Positions 21,608 to 31,917 are shown, counted from the stretch's first letter. The stretch is 35,223 nt of DNA from Chlamydiia bacterium (GCA_044359535.1 JBIKLZ010000006.1:1-35223); one strand, 5' to 3'. Notes: generated by a model not told the origin, from the sequence alone. Numbers and translations are program-made.

Positions 21608-22576
21608 CTACCTATAAGTAAAAATCCCTTTTGACGAAAGAATATGGTGCATATGAAGACACCCGACCACTTTTCCTTTTTCTACAACAGGTAAAAAGCA
21701 AATTTTTCTTTCCTCCATTTCCATAATTTCTAACGCTTTTGAGGTAAGCTCTTGCCTTTCTATCGAAATAAATTCTTTTGTCATCACATTGTTAATAGGC
21801 TCGTCCAAAGCCGTTGATCCTTTATTTTCAATCAATCGACGCAAATCCCCATCTGTAAACAACCCTACAAGCTCCCCTTCTTGATTATTAATGCAGACAG
21901 CCCCTAACTTTTTTGCTGATAAAATGTACAACGCTTCTTTAACTAATAGATCTTCTTTACAAATAGGGATATCCTCTCCAAAAACCATCACATCACAAAC
22001 CCTTTCAGCAATCAATTTTCCAATAGCACCCCCCGGATGATTCAAAGCATATTGATCTAAGCTAAATTTAGACAGCTGCATCAGTGCCACAGCAAGACAA
22101 TCGCCAAAAATAAGTTGTAGTGCTGTAGAGGTTGTTGGAGCCAAACCAAATGGACAAATCTCCCCCTGAAGGGGCAAATGCATTGTATAATCCACTACAT
22201 ATTCTAAATCTGAGTCACTATCTGAAATCCAAGCAATTGTATGAAAGCCCCTTTTCTTGCACGTCTTTGCAAGGGTTAAAATTTCACTCCCTTTCCCACT
22301 TTTGCTCAACAATATGATTAAATCCTCTTTAGATGCGATCCCAATATCCCCATGAAGTGCTTCTTGTGCAGAAAGATACATCGACCGCGTCCCTGTAGAA
22401 ATCATTGTTTTTGATAGCTTTTCAGCAATAATCCCACTTTTTCCTACTCCAGAAAAAATCACCATCCCTTTGCATTTAAGGATCAAAGCAAGAACATGTT
22501 CCGCCTCAGCCTCATTTAAATGATCAAAAAAGTAGTTTAAAAACTGTCTCTCTCTTGTAAAAATTTCTCTCAGCAT
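21608..22576 (-). CDS. kdsD: Arabinose-5-phosphate isomerase KdsD/KpsF (SIS + CBS)
   Basis: GVGKSG, ALHGDIG, SKSG, APTTST, HPGG.IG, TDGDLRR. Confidence 0.93.
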   Translation of the reverse strand: MLREIFTRERQFLNYFFDHLNEAEAEHVLALILKCKGMVIFSGVGKSGIIAEKLSKTMISTGTRSMYLSAQEALHGDIGIASKEDLIILLSKSGKGSEILTLAKTCKKRGFHTIAWISDSDSDLEYVVDYTMHLPLQGEICPFGLAPTTSTALQLIFGDCLAVALMQLSKFSLDQYALNHPGGAIGKLIAERVCDVMVFGEDIPICKEDLLVKEALYILSAKKLGAVCINNQEGELVGLFTDGDLRRLIENKGSTALDEPINNVMTKEFISIERQELTSKALEIMEMEERKICFLPVVEKGKVVGCLHMHHILSSKGIFTYR

Positions 22577-22585
22577 ATAGTTTTA

Positions 22586-22614
22586 AGTATATATAAGGGG
22601 GATGCTTTGGGCAA
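22586..22614 (-). promoter_or_regulatory. Candidate kdsD promoter overlapping the icd start
   Basis: TTGCCC(22614-22609)-N17-TATACT(22591-22586); implies a near-leaderless kdsD mRNA (ATG 22576). Confidence 0.5.
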
Positions 22615-23824
22615 GATAAAAGTCTTAACACCGATTGTCGAAATGCAAGGGGATGAAATGGCGGCAATTATTTGGAACCAAATTAAAGAGACCCTCATCC
22701 TTCCACACCTTAACATTGACCTAAAGGTCTTTGATTTAAGTATTCACAACCGAGATAAAACAGATGATAAAGTCACAGTCGATGCAGCTTTAGCCCTTAC
22801 TCACCATAAAGTGGGGATAAAATGTGCGACAATTACCCCCGATGAAGCTCGAGTGGCAGAATTTAAACTAAAAAGAATGTACCCATCCCCTAATGGAACT
22901 TTACGAAATATCCTTGGGGGGACTGTTTTTAGAGAACCTATTCTCTGTAAAAATATTCCACGACTTGTCACAAGCTGGAAAGAGCCTATTGTTATTGGAA
23001 GACATGCTTTTGGTGATCAGTATAAAGCCACAGAGATGATTGTTCCTGAAAAGGGTATTTTATCTCTTGTTTTTACTGGTGAAAGTGGAAAAACTATTGA
23101 AAAAGAAGTGTTTACTTTCAAGGAACCTGGAGTTGCTTTAAGTATGTTTAACTTAGACTCCTCTATTTATCATTTTGCCCATGCATCGATGAATTTTGCT
23201 TTAAGTAGAAAGTACCCTCTTTTTTTATCGACAAAAAATACTATCCTTAAAGTCTATGATGGCCGTTTTAAAGATATTTTCCATAATGTCTATGTGAATC
23301 ATTTTGAGGATAAATTTAAAGAGGCTCACATCACGTACGAGCACAGACTCATTGATGATATGGTCGCCTACGCTTTAAAAAATAAGGGAGGCTTTGTTTG
23401 GGCATGCAAAAATTACGATGGCGATGTTCAATCTGACACATTAGCTCAAGGATTTGGCTCCTTAGGGATGATGTCCTCCATTTTAATCTCCCCTGATGGG
23501 AAGATTGTTGAATCTGAAGCGGCTCATGGAACCATTACCCGTCATTTTAGAATGCATCAAAAAGGGGAAAAAACCTCCACAAACCCCATAGCCTCAATAT
23601 TTGCTTGGACAAAAGGCCTTGAATACAGAGGTAAATTTGACCAAAATAACAATTTAATTCATTTTGCAAAAGCCCTTGAGCAAAGCTGTATTGAAACGGT
23701 GGAAAGTGGAAAAATGACTAAGGATCTAGCCCTTCTTGCTGGAAAAAAGGATTTTTTAGACACAGCGACCTTTTTATCACAGGTTGCTACACAGTTAGAC
23801 AGAAACAAACACCTTTTTTCTTAA
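22607..23824 (+). CDS. icd: NADP-dependent isocitrate dehydrogenase (type II, IDH1/2-like)
   Basis: [75 protein letters not shown]. Confidence 0.96.
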   Translation: MGKIKVLTPIVEMQGDEMAAIIWNQIKETLILPHLNIDLKVFDLSIHNRDKTDDKVTVDAALALTHHKVGIKCATITPDEARVAEFKLKRMYPSPNGTLRNILGGTVFREPILCKNIPRLVTSWKEPIVIGRHAFGDQYKATEMIVPEKGILSLVFTGESGKTIEKEVFTFKEPGVALSMFNLDSSIYHFAHASMNFALSRKYPLFLSTKNTILKVYDGRFKDIFHNVYVNHFEDKFKEAHITYEHRLIDDMVAYALKNKGGFVWACKNYDGDVQSDTLAQGFGSLGMMSSILISPDGKIVESEAAHGTITRHFRMHQKGEKTSTNPIASIFAWTKGLEYRGKFDQNNNLIHFAKALEQSCIETVESGKMTKDLALLAGKKDFLDTATFLSQVATQLDRNKHLFS

Positions 23825-25003
23825 ATACCTTTCTTCGGCTTTAGCTACATATACTGCAGCTAACCCATCCCCCACAATATTTACAACTGTTGAAAGCATT
23901 TCTCGAATTCTATCCACCCCTGCCACTAAAAGGATCCCTTCAAGGGGAAGGCCCACAGATGTTAAAACAACTGATAACATCAAAATGCCAGTTCCTGGAA
24001 TTCCAGCAGCTCCAATTGAGGTAAAGATAGAGGTAAAAATCAAGACTCCAATATTTAACCAAGAGAGTTCTATCCCATAGGCTTGCGCGATAAACATCGC
24101 AGAGACTGCTTGACCAATTGATGCCCCATTCATATTCACAGTTGACCCCAAAGCAAGGACAAAGCTTGATATCTCTTTTGAAACCCTTAATTCTTTTGTG
24201 GTACATTCCATTGTGATCGGAAGGGTTGCTGAACTGCTGCATGTAGTAAAAGCTACGATCATTGCGTCTTTAAGCCCCTTAAAAAAGGGGATCACTGGGG
24301 TTTTGATAACACACTTTAAAATAAACGAAAAGACCACAAAAAGTTGAATAAGACAACCTAAATAGCAACAGGCTAAAAATTGAAGCAAAGGAAGGATCAA
24401 CTTCACCCCCATCGCCCCTACTGAGGATGCAATCAATGCAAAGACCCCATAGGGGGTAAATTTCATTATGATTTGAGTTAATCCATGCAAAACTTCAGAA
24501 AGGGATTCAAAAAGGAGAATTAAAGGTTTCCCTTTTTCTCCCGAAACAATAATCCCTAAGGAGAATAATATTGCAAAGACGATCACTTGAAGGATATTGC
24601 CTTCAACAAATGAAACAAAAGGATTGGCAGGAATTAAAGATGCACAAAACTCAAAAATTCCTACAGAGGGCAAAGAGTTTTTCTTTGCAACGTCAGCGAC
24701 ACAATGAAGATCTACCCCCGGTTGCAACAGTTGGGCTAAACAAATACCAATAATAATAGAAATAAGGGTTGTAACAAAAAAAAAGCTTATGGCTCGTATC
24801 CCTATTCTACCGAGCTTTTTCGGGTCGTTTACATGGCAGATCCCTGTAACAATAGAAGAAAAAACTAAAATGCCCACAAGCATCTTTAATAAATCAATAA
24901 ACATCTTTCCAACAACTGTTAGAAGTTGAAATTCCTGCTGAGTGATAAGACCAAAAAGGACTCCTGAGCAAAGAGCCACTGTTATCTTTATCCATCCCTT
25001 CAT
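23795..25003 (-). CDS. gltT: Dicarboxylate/amino acid:cation symporter (GltT/GltP)
   Basis: [42 protein letters not shown]. Confidence 0.9.
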   Translation of the reverse strand: MKGWIKITVALCSGVLFGLITQQEFQLLTVVGKMFIDLLKMLVGILVFSSIVTGICHVNDPKKLGRIGIRAISFFFVTTLISIIIGICLAQLLQPGVDLHCVADVAKKNSLPSVGIFEFCASLIPANPFVSFVEGNILQVIVFAILFSLGIIVSGEKGKPLILLFESLSEVLHGLTQIIMKFTPYGVFALIASSVGAMGVKLILPLLQFLACCYLGCLIQLFVVFSFILKCVIKTPVIPFFKGLKDAMIVAFTTCSSSATLPITMECTTKELRVSKEISSFVLALGSTVNMNGASIGQAVSAMFIAQAYGIELSWLNIGVLIFTSIFTSIGAAGIPGTGILMLSVVLTSVGLPLEGILLVAGVDRIREMLSTVVNIVGDGLAAVYVAKAEERYLRKKVFVSV

Positions 25004-26031
25004 CCTTTCCCCTCCCCATCCCTTTCTATCATACGGTTCACTGCCCCTTTTAATGATAGATAGTTTTCTTTTTCATAAGTAACTTCCATTGAAACTTTCA
25101 TTAAAATCACTAATTTCTTTTCTTCTTCACTTAATTTTACATAATCTTTTTCTGTGCACAAAACCCCATCTGCCCCCATCTGTTTACACACCTTCACAAA
25201 TTCCTCAAGACGTGAGACTTTTTCATGGTCTTTTAGGATCCTCATTTTTACAATAATAAGATCTAAGTCCTTTAATCCTTGAATAAAGAGCTCTGGATTT
25301 CCGATCCCACAAAAGACCCCCACTTTATTGCCTGTGGGGAGGCATGTTTTATCTAAAAGATAGGTCGTTCCCAAGAATTGAGCAGAAGTATACACAGAGA
25401 TAGATTTTTTTACCACTTCATAGCCGGTTTTATCGTTTGCCCCATGAATGACTATATAATCGGCTTTTTTTAATGCTGACAGCCTCTCTCGCCTTAATCC
25501 AAAGGGAAGATATCCCCTACTAAAAGGGTCTTTAGCTCCAATCATGACAATCTGTAGTTCCTTTTTAAGTCTGATATACTGGAGCCCATCATCTAAAATG
25601 CAGATCTTTGCCCCAAGTTTTTCAGCTATTTTCACAGATATTTCACGCCTCACTCCTCGAATAACAAAGGCATTTTTTAGCCTTTTTGAAAGTAGATAGG
25701 GCTCATCCCCATCTTCAATATCTTGAACAAGGGCATTGCCGCTTTTTTTTGATCCATAGCCTCGTGTTAAAACAGCCACACCGTTAATTCCTAAATCGCT
25801 CACAAGTTTTAAGACAAATTCAGTTTTCCCAGTCCCACCACAGACAATGTTACCCACAGAAATGATAGGAAGACTCCCCTTCACCCTTTTTATAATACCC
25901 AATTGATACAATAAATGGCGGAGCAACACCCCCATTGCGAAAAAAAGGCTTCCAACGAATAAAAAAAACTGAATAAGGTTAAACCCTTTTTCCTTTTGCT
26001 TTTTTAGCACCCATTTTTCAACTCTTGTCAT
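25000..26031 (-). CDS. lpxK: Tetraacyldisaccharide 4'-kinase
   Basis: ISVGNIVCGGTGKT, LTRGYG, GDEP, LDDGLQ, GIGNP..F, DH, TEKD.VK; ATG 26031 preferred over TTG 26037. Confidence 0.94.
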   Translation of the reverse strand: MTRVEKWVLKKQKEKGFNLIQFFLFVGSLFFAMGVLLRHLLYQLGIIKRVKGSLPIISVGNIVCGGTGKTEFVLKLVSDLGINGVAVLTRGYGSKKSGNALVQDIEDGDEPYLLSKRLKNAFVIRGVRREISVKIAEKLGAKICILDDGLQYIRLKKELQIVMIGAKDPFSRGYLPFGLRRERLSALKKADYIVIHGANDKTGYEVVKKSISVYTSAQFLGTTYLLDKTCLPTGNKVGVFCGIGNPELFIQGLKDLDLIIVKMRILKDHEKVSRLEEFVKVCKQMGADGVLCTEKDYVKLSEEEKKLVILMKVSMEVTYEKENYLSLKGAVNRMIERDGEGKG

Positions 26032-26050
26032 AAGCAAAAGATCATACCCA

Positions 26051-26079
26051 TTGACTTGTTAAAACTCCAGAGCTATAGT
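26051..26079 (+). promoter_or_regulatory. Near-consensus sigma66/70 promoter with no downstream ORF
   Basis: TTGACT(26051)-N17-TATAGT(26074). Confidence 0.6.
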
Positions 26080-26085
26080 CAAGCT

Positions 26086-26190
26086 ATCCTAAGTTCACAC
26101 TTATAAAAAACACCTACGACTTTTGGATCGTAGGTGATCAGTTGTTAAGGGCGCAGCTTTAAATCCTTTTAAAGCCTATAACTCTTTTTT
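26086..26190 (+). ncRNA. Candidate ~105-nt small RNA
   Basis: Own promoter, two stem-loops (26111-26136; 26140-26183), T6 tail at 26185-26190, no ATG. Confidence 0.45.
26105..26136 (-). terminator. Intrinsic terminator for the minus-strand operon ending at 26196
   Basis: CACCTACGA/TCGTAGGTG 9-bp stem followed by U6 on the minus strand. Confidence 0.75.
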
Positions 26191-26195
26191 GTTCT

Positions 26196-26906
26196 TTATT
26201 CTCTTTGAAAAATAGCTAAGCCATTACAATAATCATGTAAAAAGACCTTTCTTTTTTTAGAAAGATGTAAAACTCCTGCAAGCAATTCTGGATAATTTCT
26301 ATCAAAAATAGGGATAATCTTATGTTGGTAGCCCTCTTCATACATTTGAAGTTCTGAAATCAGCCAGTGCAGAGTTTCCTCTTGTCCAACAACAGAGGTT
26401 GTAGGAAAATATGAAGTTTTCATATCTATATTATCCCCGACCCACTCCACTGCTCTAAAGACCGTTGAATAAGAATACATCCTTTCAGAGTAAGGTCTGC
26501 TTAATGCAAAAGTTGTAAACTCTCCTAATGTCATCTTCTTTTTATTGATGATCCCTAATGGATAAAATGTATAGGGAACTGTATAGGTATCGTATGCATA
26601 ATTATCATAAGAGGTTGTATGAGTATAAAATCCATACATATCATAATGATCTGTATAGACAGTATCGACATATCGACTGACTGTATAATAATGATAGTAA
26701 GTCCACTGATTCGTACCATAGAAAGCATGTGTGTCTACATCAATTATTGAGCCCACATAAAGATCCTCAATCACATCTGAAGACTGAATAACAAACTTGT
26801 TTTCAAGGATGTAGATCTTATGGTCTTTGATAATCTCTGTAACTTTTAGATTCACCCCAAAGCACTGGGCTAGAAAAGCACAACTTAGCAATAAAAAATA
26901 TTTCAT
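26196..26906 (-). CDS. Hypothetical exported Tyr/Thr-rich protein
   Basis: 236 aa; Sec-type leader MKYFLLLSCAFLAQCFG; AGGAG RBS. Confidence 0.7.
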   Translation of the reverse strand: MKYFLLLSCAFLAQCFGVNLKVTEIIKDHKIYILENKFVIQSSDVIEDLYVGSIIDVDTHAFYGTNQWTYYHYYTVSRYVDTVYTDHYDMYGFYTHTTSYDNYAYDTYTVPYTFYPLGIINKKKMTLGEFTTFALSRPYSERMYSYSTVFRAVEWVGDNIDMKTSYFPTTSVVGQEETLHWLISELQMYEEGYQHKIIPIFDRNYPELLAGVLHLSKKRKVFLHDYCNGLAIFQRE

Positions 26907-26933
26907 AAAACTCCTTTTAAAAATGGTTAAAGT

Positions 26934-27566
26934 CTATATAAAAAGGGGTTTACTGTCTATAACTAAAAGGTTTTTTGTGATCGGGTGGGGAAATGAAAGG
27001 GTTGTATGGTGCAAATGAATGGCTTTAGACTCCCTTTTTGGGGCCCCATACTTTTGATCCCCTACAATAGGGCACTTCATAAAACTCATTTGCCCTCGAA
27101 TTTGATGGTACCTTCCTGTATCTAACTCGATGTGATAGAAGTGATCACAGATATGGGAAAATTTTAATAGGGCTTGTTTAGAGTGGGGGACTTTTTTATC
27201 AAAAACTTCAGCTAAAAACTGCCGTTTGCGAATGTAATGGGTAAGGATCCCTTTGTCGGTGGGGAGCTTTTTAACAAGTTCAGCAATATAGATCTTTTTC
27301 CAAAGCTTTTCCCTGATTTGTTCATTGAGTCGTGAAAGGGCTTTGCTTGTTTTTGCAAACACTACAATCCCACTTACCCATCGATCAATTCGATGGACAG
27401 GGTGTAAAAAGACCCCCCCCTCTTTTTGATCCCTTTTTTTTAAAAAATCTTTGGAAATTGTCAAAAGATCCAACATCCCCTCATTGGGAAGGACCGATAC
27501 TCCTGAAGGTTTATTTAAAATAAAGAGGTGATTATCCTCAAATAGGAGACACTCTTTAAGATTCAT
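26934..27566 (-). CDS. RluA/C/D-family RNA pseudouridine synthase
   Basis: NKPSG, HRIDRWVSG (catalytic Asp), TGRYHQIR, PIVGD.KYG, LH. Confidence 0.9.
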   Translation of the reverse strand: MNLKECLLFEDNHLFILNKPSGVSVLPNEGMLDLLTISKDFLKKRDQKEGGVFLHPVHRIDRWVSGIVVFAKTSKALSRLNEQIREKLWKKIYIAELVKKLPTDKGILTHYIRKRQFLAEVFDKKVPHSKQALLKFSHICDHFYHIELDTGRYHQIRGQMSFMKCPIVGDQKYGAPKRESKAIHLHHTTLSFPHPITKNLLVIDSKPLFI

Positions 27567-28305
27567 CTTGCCTTAACCTTTCATACAAAACAATCCCAGC
27601 AGCTACCGATACATTTAGGGAATCGCACACCCCCTTCATAGGGATAAAGACCTTTGCCCCTTTCATCCAATCGTTATTTAATCCTTTATCCTCTTGACCA
27701 AAAGCAATCACCACCTTTCCTTGTAAAGATCTTGTACAATAGTTATCCTTGGCCTCTGGAGAGGTGACAATTAACTCAAGATTCTTTTCATCGATAAATG
27801 CAAAAGCCTCTTTAGTTGAACAAGAAACAATATTTAATGAAAAACTTGCCCCTAAACTTGCTCGAATAGCATGTGGATGATAATGATCGGATAGGGAATC
27901 GACAAGCAAGACTCCATCAACACCGCAGCCATCACATGTTCGAAGAATCGCTCCAATGTTGCCCGCCTTTTCTATTCCCACAAGAGCGACAAAAAAACTC
28001 CCTTTTAAAGAGGAAAGCCCCTTTTTTTCTTGCCTTCCGACAGCCAAAACCTCCCCTCTTAGAGTCATTTTTTCCAATAACCCTTTTGAGACGTGGATAA
28101 GTTCCCCCCCTTTTTTTTCTATTTCTTCAATAAGGGGGCTTTTTTCATGGTAGACCACTGTAACAATCCCCTTTGCTCGAGAAATTTCGCGCTCGCCTTC
28201 AACAAGAAAGAGCTCTGTAGCCTTTCTCTCTTTACTGTTGCGCAACCCTTCAATAAATTTAATTTTTGGATTAGAACGACTTGTTAGCAAAAGGTGCCTC
28301 CCCAT
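27556..28305 (-). CDS. TrmH/SpoU-family RNA 2'-O-methyltransferase
   Basis: S.SNPKIK, FLVEG.RE, GNIGAILRT, RASLG, FGQEDKGL, IPM.G..DSLNVSVAAGI; ATG 28305 is the likely start. Confidence 0.9.
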   Translation of the reverse strand: MGRHLLLTSRSNPKIKFIEGLRNSKERKATELFLVEGEREISRAKGIVTVVYHEKSPLIEEIEKKGGELIHVSKGLLEKMTLRGEVLAVGRQEKKGLSSLKGSFFVALVGIEKAGNIGAILRTCDGCGVDGVLLVDSLSDHYHPHAIRASLGASFSLNIVSCSTKEAFAFIDEKNLELIVTSPEAKDNYCTRSLQGKVVIAFGQEDKGLNNDWMKGAKVFIPMKGVCDSLNVSVAAGIVLYERLRQDES

Positions 28306-28756
28306 CTTTAATAAAACCAACCATCTGGGAAAGTAAAAACTGAGCTGATTGATATTGTATTTCTTCCCGACAAAGGCCCTCTAAACAAGGGATTATTCCC
28401 CCAAAGACCTCCTTTTTAGAAGCAATTGCCCCAAAAACTGTCCCCACTTTTTTTCCAAAAGGGCCAGCTTCTCCTGTAACAGCGATTGCAAAATCACTTT
28501 TTGTCCTTTTTTGAATCCCTAAACACATTTCAATAGCCACATTTTTGCTGACAGCAGTTTCCTCCTCAAGGAGTCTGTGACTTACCCCTAAAAGATCGAT
28601 CTTTACTTGATCAGAGTATGCGACAACCCCCCCTAAAAAATAGTTCGAGGCCCCTTCTTTTTTTGTTAAAATTGAGGCAATCAATCCCCCCGTGCAACTT
28701 TCTGCAAGAGAAAGGGTTATTTTTCTTTCGATAAAAACTTTTTGAAGCTCTAACAT
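28271..28756 (-). CDS. cinA: CinA C-terminal domain / NMN amidohydrolase (PncC)
   Basis: AESCTGGLI, GASNYFLGGVVAYS..K, AVS..VA.EM, VTG.AGP. Confidence 0.88.
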   Translation of the reverse strand: MLELQKVFIERKITLSLAESCTGGLIASILTKKEGASNYFLGGVVAYSDQVKIDLLGVSHRLLEEETAVSKNVAIEMCLGIQKRTKSDFAIAVTGEAGPFGKKVGTVFGAIASKKEVFGGIIPCLEGLCREEIQYQSAQFLLSQMVGFIKDGEAPFANKSF

Positions 28757-29337
28757 TCTTTTAATTCTAACCCTTTAATTGGTTTAATTTTTTCAATAGC
28801 CATCACTTTTGCCTCATTTCCTATTCTAAATGACCCTTTTAAAACCTTCCCACCTAGATTAAATTGGGCAAACTTTGAATGTTTTCGAATCCAACCCCTC
28901 ATCTGATGAAAAAAGAGGGCTTCGGCAAACAAATGGGTCCTTTGGACATTGCCTTCGATAGAAAAAAGCATCGGATAAGAAAGACACACTCCAAAATCTA
29001 TCGAATCTTTCCCCCGTTGCTCTAAAAGTTCACCATCTGAACTCAACCTAAAAGCAAACAAAGATATTTCTATAACTGGGAGCACTACTTTTGCAAGCAA
29101 TCCTTTTTCATTCATATCTAAAAAAGCAAAATGTTCTTTTTTAAAAGCAAATCCACACTTTCCCACATTTCCTTCAAGAGCCATTTTAATACACCTGTCT
29201 CTAGAAATCAAAGGGTCTTTAACAACTCTTCCTAACTGAACGTAAATTCCTTGAGGGAGAAGCTCTTCATATTCCTTTTTTGATAAAAGAAGACAATAGG
29301 AGACATATTGAGACGTTTCACATTTATTGCTTGCCAA
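28750..29337 (-). CDS. Hypothetical protein
   Basis: Long ORF coupled between lspA and cinA; TTG 29337 after GAAGGGG is the likeliest start. Confidence 0.65.
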   Translation of the reverse strand: MASNKCETSQYVSYCLLLSKKEYEELLPQGIYVQLGRVVKDPLISRDRCIKMALEGNVGKCGFAFKKEHFAFLDMNEKGLLAKVVLPVIEISLFAFRLSSDGELLEQRGKDSIDFGVCLSYPMLFSIEGNVQRTHLFAEALFFHQMRGWIRKHSKFAQFNLGGKVLKGSFRIGNEAKVMAIEKIKPIKGLELKEC

Positions 29338-29806
29338 TATGTGCCCCTTCTTTTTTGCACAAGATGAAAAGAGCCCCAAAAAATATCATCGCATCGGCTA
29401 TATTGAAAATTCCATAGGATCTTCCAAAAAATATAAAATTGAGCATATCTACGACATGTCCATACAAAAAAGTATCCAATACATTGGCAAAAGCTCCAAA
29501 AAGGATCAAAAGAAAAGGAAAAAACATCTTTTGCATAGTAGCACTCATTAATAATCCTATTGCAATAGCCATAATCACTAAGATTCGAATGAGTAAAATG
29601 CTATTTTGAAAGGATGAAAAAAGGCCCCATGCCATCCCCGTATTTTCAACATAGGTGAGTTCAAAAGTTAGAAACGGAAATATCTGAATATTAAAGTGAG
29701 TCTTTCCTGACAATAACATCTCTTGATGGTCTATTACAAACCTTTTTAAAGAAAAATCGATAAAAAAAAGAAAAAGAGCACAAGCGATAAATACATTTTT
29801 TTTCAC
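29324..29806 (-). CDS. lspA: Lipoprotein signal peptidase II
   Basis: D..LK, NTGMAWG, GAFAN.LD, G.VVDM, FNIAD. Confidence 0.92.
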   Translation of the reverse strand: MKKNVFIACALFLFFIDFSLKRFVIDHQEMLLSGKTHFNIQIFPFLTFELTYVENTGMAWGLFSSFQNSILLIRILVIMAIAIGLLMSATMQKMFFPFLLILFGAFANVLDTFLYGHVVDMLNFIFFGRSYGIFNIADAMIFFGALFILCKKEGAHIGKQ

Positions 29807-30249
29807 TCGGCAACATCCACAAGAGCATTCATCAATTCATCTTTATCTTTGAAACGCTTGTAAACACAAGCAAAGCGGACGTAGGCAATGGCATCTAAAT
29901 TTGAAAGTCTTTTCATCACTATTTCCCCAATTTTTAATGTATCAATTTCACGAACCCCACTTGCCATAATTTCCATTGCCACATCTGAAGCAATGGCTCT
30001 TACTTGATCATGACTGATGCGCGTATGTCTACAAGCGCTATCTAAACCATGTATAAGTTTTTCTAACTTAAACTCCTGAAAACTTCCATCCCGTTTTCTT
30101 ACTTGAATGGTTAAATCGACAGACTCAAAAGTTGTAAAGCGCTTTTCACAGTGTAAACATTCTCTTCTACGACGGACAGAATTTGAATCGTTTTGATTTC
30201 TAGAATCGGTCACTTTAGTCTCTTCATAGCCACAATAAGGACACTTCAC
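29803..30249 (-). CDS. nrdR: Transcriptional repressor NrdR
   Basis: KCPYC, V.DSR, RRRREC..C..RFTTFE, ATP-cone, AYVRFACVYKRF; GTG 30249 after GGAGG. Confidence 0.96.
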   Translation of the reverse strand: MKCPYCGYEETKVTDSRNQNDSNSVRRRRECLHCEKRFTTFESVDLTIQVRKRDGSFQEFKLEKLIHGLDSACRHTRISHDQVRAIASDVAMEIMASGVREIDTLKIGEIVMKRLSNLDAIAYVRFACVYKRFKDKDELMNALVDVAE

Positions 30250-30342
30250 ACTTGCCTCCAAAAGATTTTTACAAGTCTATCAAATAGCCCTTTAACCATC
30301 AATAGCTCTTTAGATTCTTTCTAAAGAGTCAAAGCTTTCTTA

Positions 30343-30792
30343 TTACAAACCCTCTCCAACTAATGTTTCAAGGGCACTGTCTAAAAGATCCTCCAGGGTT
30401 TGACTATCTAATACCAAGTCCGCTGAAGGGGGAACCTTGTTGCAATTTAAAAGTAAATTATATCCTTCACCCCCCTTAATAACTGACGGGAAAGAAATAG
30501 GGATATATTTTGCTTCTACTCTTTCGCCTTTAATTATAAATACTTTGATCGAAAGTTTCCCTATTTTTTCAAGATCCACTAAAAAATCTGAGATCAAAAA
30601 TGCAGGCCAATACCCCTCAAGAGAGGTGATTGTAAAGCTTTTGTGACAAAATTGTAAAATACCTTGTTGGGTCTTTTTTCTAAAATCTGTGATGTAGGCT
30701 CCTTTTTCAGGAATATCAATCTCTACTGGATAGTAAGGGGGGGTGGTGAATCTAACATTAAAACGAACATAGCTACTTGTTGGACCTTCCAT
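30343..30792 (-). CDS. Hypothetical protein
   Basis: 149-aa ORF with AAGGAG RBS. Confidence 0.65.
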   Translation of the reverse strand: MEGPTSSYVRFNVRFTTPPYYPVEIDIPEKGAYITDFRKKTQQGILQFCHKSFTITSLEGYWPAFLISDFLVDLEKIGKLSIKVFIIKGERVEAKYIPISFPSVIKGGEGYNLLLNCNKVPPSADLVLDSQTLEDLLDSALETLVGEGL

Positions 30793-30954
30793 AGTCTCCT
30801 TTATAAAAAATTTATTGTATTTTTCAAAAAACTATAAAAAGAACATTACATTTTTTCAAGAAAAAAAAGCCACAGGGTCAAAAGATGGACTTTTTGTGTT
30901 CAAGATATTCCCTTTTTGCTATTGTTTTTTATTAAAAGCAACAATCTAAGGATA

Positions 30955-31860
30955 ATGATGAAAAAGGCCCTATTGTTATTGATCGTTTTATGTTCGGCAT
31001 GTAGCTTTTTTACTCAAAAACCCCTTCCCCCCTCAAAACCCCTTGTGATTGTAAGCGCTGCCCCCTATATCGAAATTGTTAAACAAATTGCAGGGGAAAA
31101 AGTTTTTGTTCAATCCATTATCCCCCCCGATGTGGATCCACATAATTTTGAACCCTCTCCAAGGGATATGGGCCCATTATTGCATACAGCTCTTTGGATT
31201 CAAGTTGGAGAAGGTTTTGAACCTCTTTTAGAGAATCGTTTAAAAGAGACCACTCCAAGTATACACATTTTGAACTTGCCCTCAGTGACTAAAACATTAA
31301 AAGGAGCCTGTCATTGCCACCATCACAACCATCATGAGGGCCACGATGTAGACACCCATTATTGGCTTGATCCCATTACAGTGGCTCACCAAGCAAAGTC
31401 TATTGCTGCTTTTCTTACCTTAGTGTTACCTCAAGAGGAAAAATACTTTCAAGAAAGGACCCTACAATTAAAAAGTAAGCTCTATGCACTTAATAAAAAG
31501 CTCACTGAAGAACTGGCCCCTTTTAAGGGGGGCGTCTTTTTGACAACACATAAGGCTTATGGCTACTTTTGCAACCGCTACCACCTCATTCAAATAGGTA
31601 TAGAACCCGAAGATGGTAAAGAGATGCGGTCAAAAGAGATTCAACATGTGATGGAAGAGGCAAAGGAGCATAAAAATGAACTTATTGGGGTTTTGATGCA
31701 ACCTCAACATGTCAATAGAGCTGCTGAAACCATTGCCGCAACCTTTAAGTTACCTCTTTTTATGGTAAATCCATACGAAGAAGATTATATTGCAACAATC
31801 AATGAACTTGCAACCATCACAAAAGAGTATGCCCCTACAAAAGAATCTTCTTTGCCTTGA
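30955..31860 (+). CDS. Zn/Mn ABC substrate-binding lipoprotein (ZnuA/TroA family)
   Basis: Lipobox-like CSAC, DPHNFEPSP, His-rich loop CHCHHHNHHEGH, DTHYWLDP, THKAYGYF. Confidence 0.9.
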   Translation: MMKKALLLLIVLCSACSFFTQKPLPPSKPLVIVSAAPYIEIVKQIAGEKVFVQSIIPPDVDPHNFEPSPRDMGPLLHTALWIQVGEGFEPLLENRLKETTPSIHILNLPSVTKTLKGACHCHHHNHHEGHDVDTHYWLDPITVAHQAKSIAAFLTLVLPQEEKYFQERTLQLKSKLYALNKKLTEELAPFKGGVFLTTHKAYGYFCNRYHLIQIGIEPEDGKEMRSKEIQHVMEEAKEHKNELIGVLMQPQHVNRAAETIAATFKLPLFMVNPYEEDYIATINELATITKEYAPTKESSLP

Positions 31861-31917
31861 TAAAAAAAATACATTGTAGTGGTACATTTTTTACATAGAC
31901 CCCTTTTCAATAGTGAG

